21,768 nucleotides of DNA from Octopus sinensis. Its lineage: Eukaryota. Location: contig NW_021823611.1 of NCBI RefSeq assembly GCF_006345805.1, forward strand, positions 1-21,768, read 5' to 3'. The position numbers and the translations under genes are program-made. The notes under the pieces are model-generated. The model searched no databases. It was not told the origin of the DNA and saw only the letters and a list, made by a program, of their open reading frames with translations. Each line of letters starts with the position of its first letter. Within the stretch, counting starts at the first letter, position 1. This document shows, piece by piece, positions 19,140 through 21,768 of the stretch.

Positions 19140-19828
19140 TCATTGCCTTCTCCACCCCTGCCAACCAATTCCCATTGTCTTCCTCTGCCTATTGTCTCCA
19201 CCAATCGATACCTTTCCATGTCTTCTCATTTCTGTGTTTTTCTTCATCAATAACAACTCACTTATCCTCTCTTATCACCCTCAATGCCCTCACACATCCC
19301 CTGCAATCCCTGCCTCTCCTATATTTCACTCCATCACCTCTTTCCTTCCCATTTGCCCAGTCCTTTCTCTATCACCTCACCTGTTCTCACCTGCACCAAT
19401 GTCCCCCCTCGAAGGCATGTCTCAGCACATCTTTGCCACCACCTCACCCTCACTGTTGCTCTCTTATCTTACTCTCTAACCCACTCTCTTCTCCAAACTG
19501 GGATATCCATGTATCTCCTCGACAGCAAGACACCTGTCCTCGCACCCACCGTCTCTCGACTAACACAAAGCCGCCCCCGTCTCAATACTACTCCCCACTT
19601 AAAGCTGAGGAGTTTTGTCTCTGCAGATTGCTTGGTGACCTTGTCGTTGATGAAACCACGTAAGAAGCACCCAGTGCTCTCTCTCTGAAGTGGTTGGCGT
19701 TAGGAAAGGCATCCAGCCACAGAGACCATGCCAAAACGATGGAACCCGGTGCAGCAACCGGTCTTGCAGTTCCTGTCAAACCGTCCAGCCCATGCTAAGA
19801 TGGGAAACAAACGTTAAATGATTATTAT
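19140..19828 (+). mobile_element. RTE-tail-type non-autonomous retroposon with pyrimidine-rich body
   Basis: The 3' part (19630-19828), gtggttggcgttaggaaaggcatccagcc..aaaccgtccagcccatgc..acgttaaatgat, is clear. Attributing the upstream C/T-rich body to the element is inferred. Confidence 0.7.
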
Positions 19829-20039
19829 ATATATATATATATACATACATACATACCGCCATACTCGCCAACCACACACACGTGTGTGTATGTATATATA
19901 TATATATTTATTTATAGACAGTTGTGTGTAATTATATATATATGTATATAAAATATTTCGTTGGACCACATTCCAGTTACATATCAGCAAAGAAGGAGCT
20001 GTGTGTGTGCGTATTACATTATATTACACGGTATTATAT

Positions 20040-20650
20040 ATTCTCCCCAACCATTTCTTCTCTCAGGCTGTTGCTGCTGCCATTACAGCACATTGCCTTC
20101 CTCCCCCTCTCTCTTCTCTTACTGCTCCTTTTGCCACTCTCTTTATATTACCATCTCTTTCTTCACTCTCTCTCTCAATGTTTACATACCTCTCTACATT
20201 TTATTTTCTAGTTTATACTCCTACTACGTTTTTCACCCTCTCTCCAAATCACTATTACTCTCTCTCTCTCTCTTCTCTCACTATTGACCTCTCTTTATGT
20301 CTTTGCCTTTCCTTCCCACACAATCAATTCTGACTACTTCATGTTCCTCCTCCTTTCCCTCCTTTATAGTCTCACCGTTTTCCCTATCCCCCACACTATG
20401 TCTTTTCATTCTCCTCGCTAATTTACTTCCTTTTTTTACTTCGACTCTTATATTTTGCATCCCCTCCCACTATTGCCTTCAACTCTCACTTGCTACTATG
20501 TTTTTCTCTCTATTACTCATACTTTTTCTCTTCCTTCCTCATATTCAAATTCTTACTCTCTCTTTCCTTCCCTCTCTTACATTTCTTTAGTTTCTTTTCC
20601 TTCCTCCCCTTCGCATTCTGCCGTTCCTCTCACTCTTCCTCATTCTTCCG
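20040..20650. repeat. About 600-bp polypyrimidine low-complexity tract
   Basis: Plus strand nearly devoid of G; includes (CT)n. Confidence 0.9.
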
Positions 20651-21309
20651 CTGTTGCGGAACTACACACATCGAAGCACTGCTTTAACATTATATAATAG
20701 TCCGTGTGCCAAATTAATCCGGCTGCCCACTTATATTTTTAAGCAAAGGGTCAGTTACGGAATCAAATTTTTTCACTCTGAAATCTTTTTCAACGCAGTA
20801 AAGAAATCTGCTCCGGTGTTGGGGTTTGAGTTCGGCCCCTGAACCACTTATTTATGCTCATGTTGTGTATGTGTGTGTGTGTGTGAGTGTGTATGTGTAG
20901 CGGATGACTACATAATGTATCAGTGATGTTGTGAGTCCCGTGCCAGAACCTCCCGGACTTTATTTACCTCAAACACCGCCACCGCCGCCGCCACCACCAC
21001 CAACATTATTATTGTTGTTGTTGTTACAGTTGTTATTGTTATTGTGGTGGTCGTTGTTGGAGCGATCAACACATTAAAGCCACAGGCTCACCTCACTACA
21101 TCTCCACACACACACAGCTCTGTGTGTGTGTGTGTATATGTTTCTACCAAGGAGTCTTACCGCCTCAACCTCCACCACTTCTACCACCACCACCACCACG
21201 GCTCGCTGATCGATTCCCTTGGAACATCGACCCCCTTTTTTTTTTTTTGACCTGTTTTGGTCTCTTTATCTGACCCCTTACCTCTGGCTATTTTACACGG
21301 GACCACCAG

Positions 21310-21369
21310 CAGGCGCCGGCCATGGGCAATGCCAGCGACGGCAAAAGAAAGGGGATCCAGCGAAAAACG
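21310..21369 (+). CDS. Candidate short exon / first coding exon (QAPA)MGNASDGKRKGIQRKT
   Basis: GCCGGCCATGG Kozak context (ATG at 21322), donor ACG|GTAGGT at 21370, CAGCAG acceptors at 21309/21312, CpG-rich. No homology recognised; a competing minus-strand donor lies at 21281. Confidence 0.3.
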
Positions 21370-21768
21370 GTAGGTGTCCGCTGGGGATCGAAACCTTCAC
21401 CCACTTTATACTAAATATCTCTCATCAGCTTTCCTCTATCCTTTCCACACATTGCCACATCGATTTCCAAACCCCGGGATCTTCTTCCTTGCATATCACT
21501 TCACACCACACACACCGCTTTATACACTCCTTATGTGTGTATTATGCTTCGAAGGATTTGGCCATATTTACGCAAATTATGCATTATATATACATTGTGA
21601 GTGTAGGTATATAATATACCATTACGTTATATGTCTTTATATACACATCACCTGATTACTTGCAACGTATATATATATAACACACACATTCTTACACACA
21701 AAGCTGAGATGATGTATAATTTACTGTGATATATAAATCGTGGATAAGAAGCCGACTTGCACTATGTG

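Noticed and set aside
18950-19663. 237-aa ORF, the longest in the window
   Set aside because: Chimera of a Hero remnant (first 55 or so codons) and a stop-poor pyrimidine-rich repeat body.
19924-20697. Hydrophobic Leu/Ser/Phe ORFs resembling membrane proteins
   Set aside because: Compositional artefact of the polypyrimidine tract; open in several frames.
20973-21060. Hairpin between (CCA/CCG)n and (TTG/TGG)n runs
   Set aside because: Complementarity is expected from adjacent simple trinucleotide repeats.
21322-21345. N-myristoylation signal in MGNASD
   Set aside because: The residue five positions from Gly (counting Gly as 1) is Asp rather than the preferred small residue, and the exon itself is unproven.

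Overview
This is eukaryotic, repeat-dense, essentially non-coding DNA (intronic or intergenic). The SINE families and (TA)n/(TG)n/(ATT)n content resemble what I recall of Octopus (coleoid cephalopod) genomes; that assignment is an inference, not a search result. No intact protein-coding gene is supported. The window is a mosaic of decayed transposons: three RTE-clade LINE fragments, a Hero/R2-group reverse transcriptase remnant, Penelope-like element remnants (GIY-YIG plus inverted/tandem terminal repeats), two DD37D and one other Tc1/mariner remnant, MITEs, and at least three tRNA-derived SINE families. Notable structures are a 7-unit SINE chain linked by (ATT)n with a strand switch (11.9-13.6 kb), three long hairpin-forming inverted repeats (3.45-6.28 kb, one with a degenerate hammerhead-like loop), a CpG-decayed tRNA-Gly(GCC) copy abutting a SINE head, and a CpG-rich candidate exon or gene start at about 21.3 kb. 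I found no convincing wholly new biological system; the findings are structural leads. Family names come from recalled consensus motifs, and TE boundaries are approximate.
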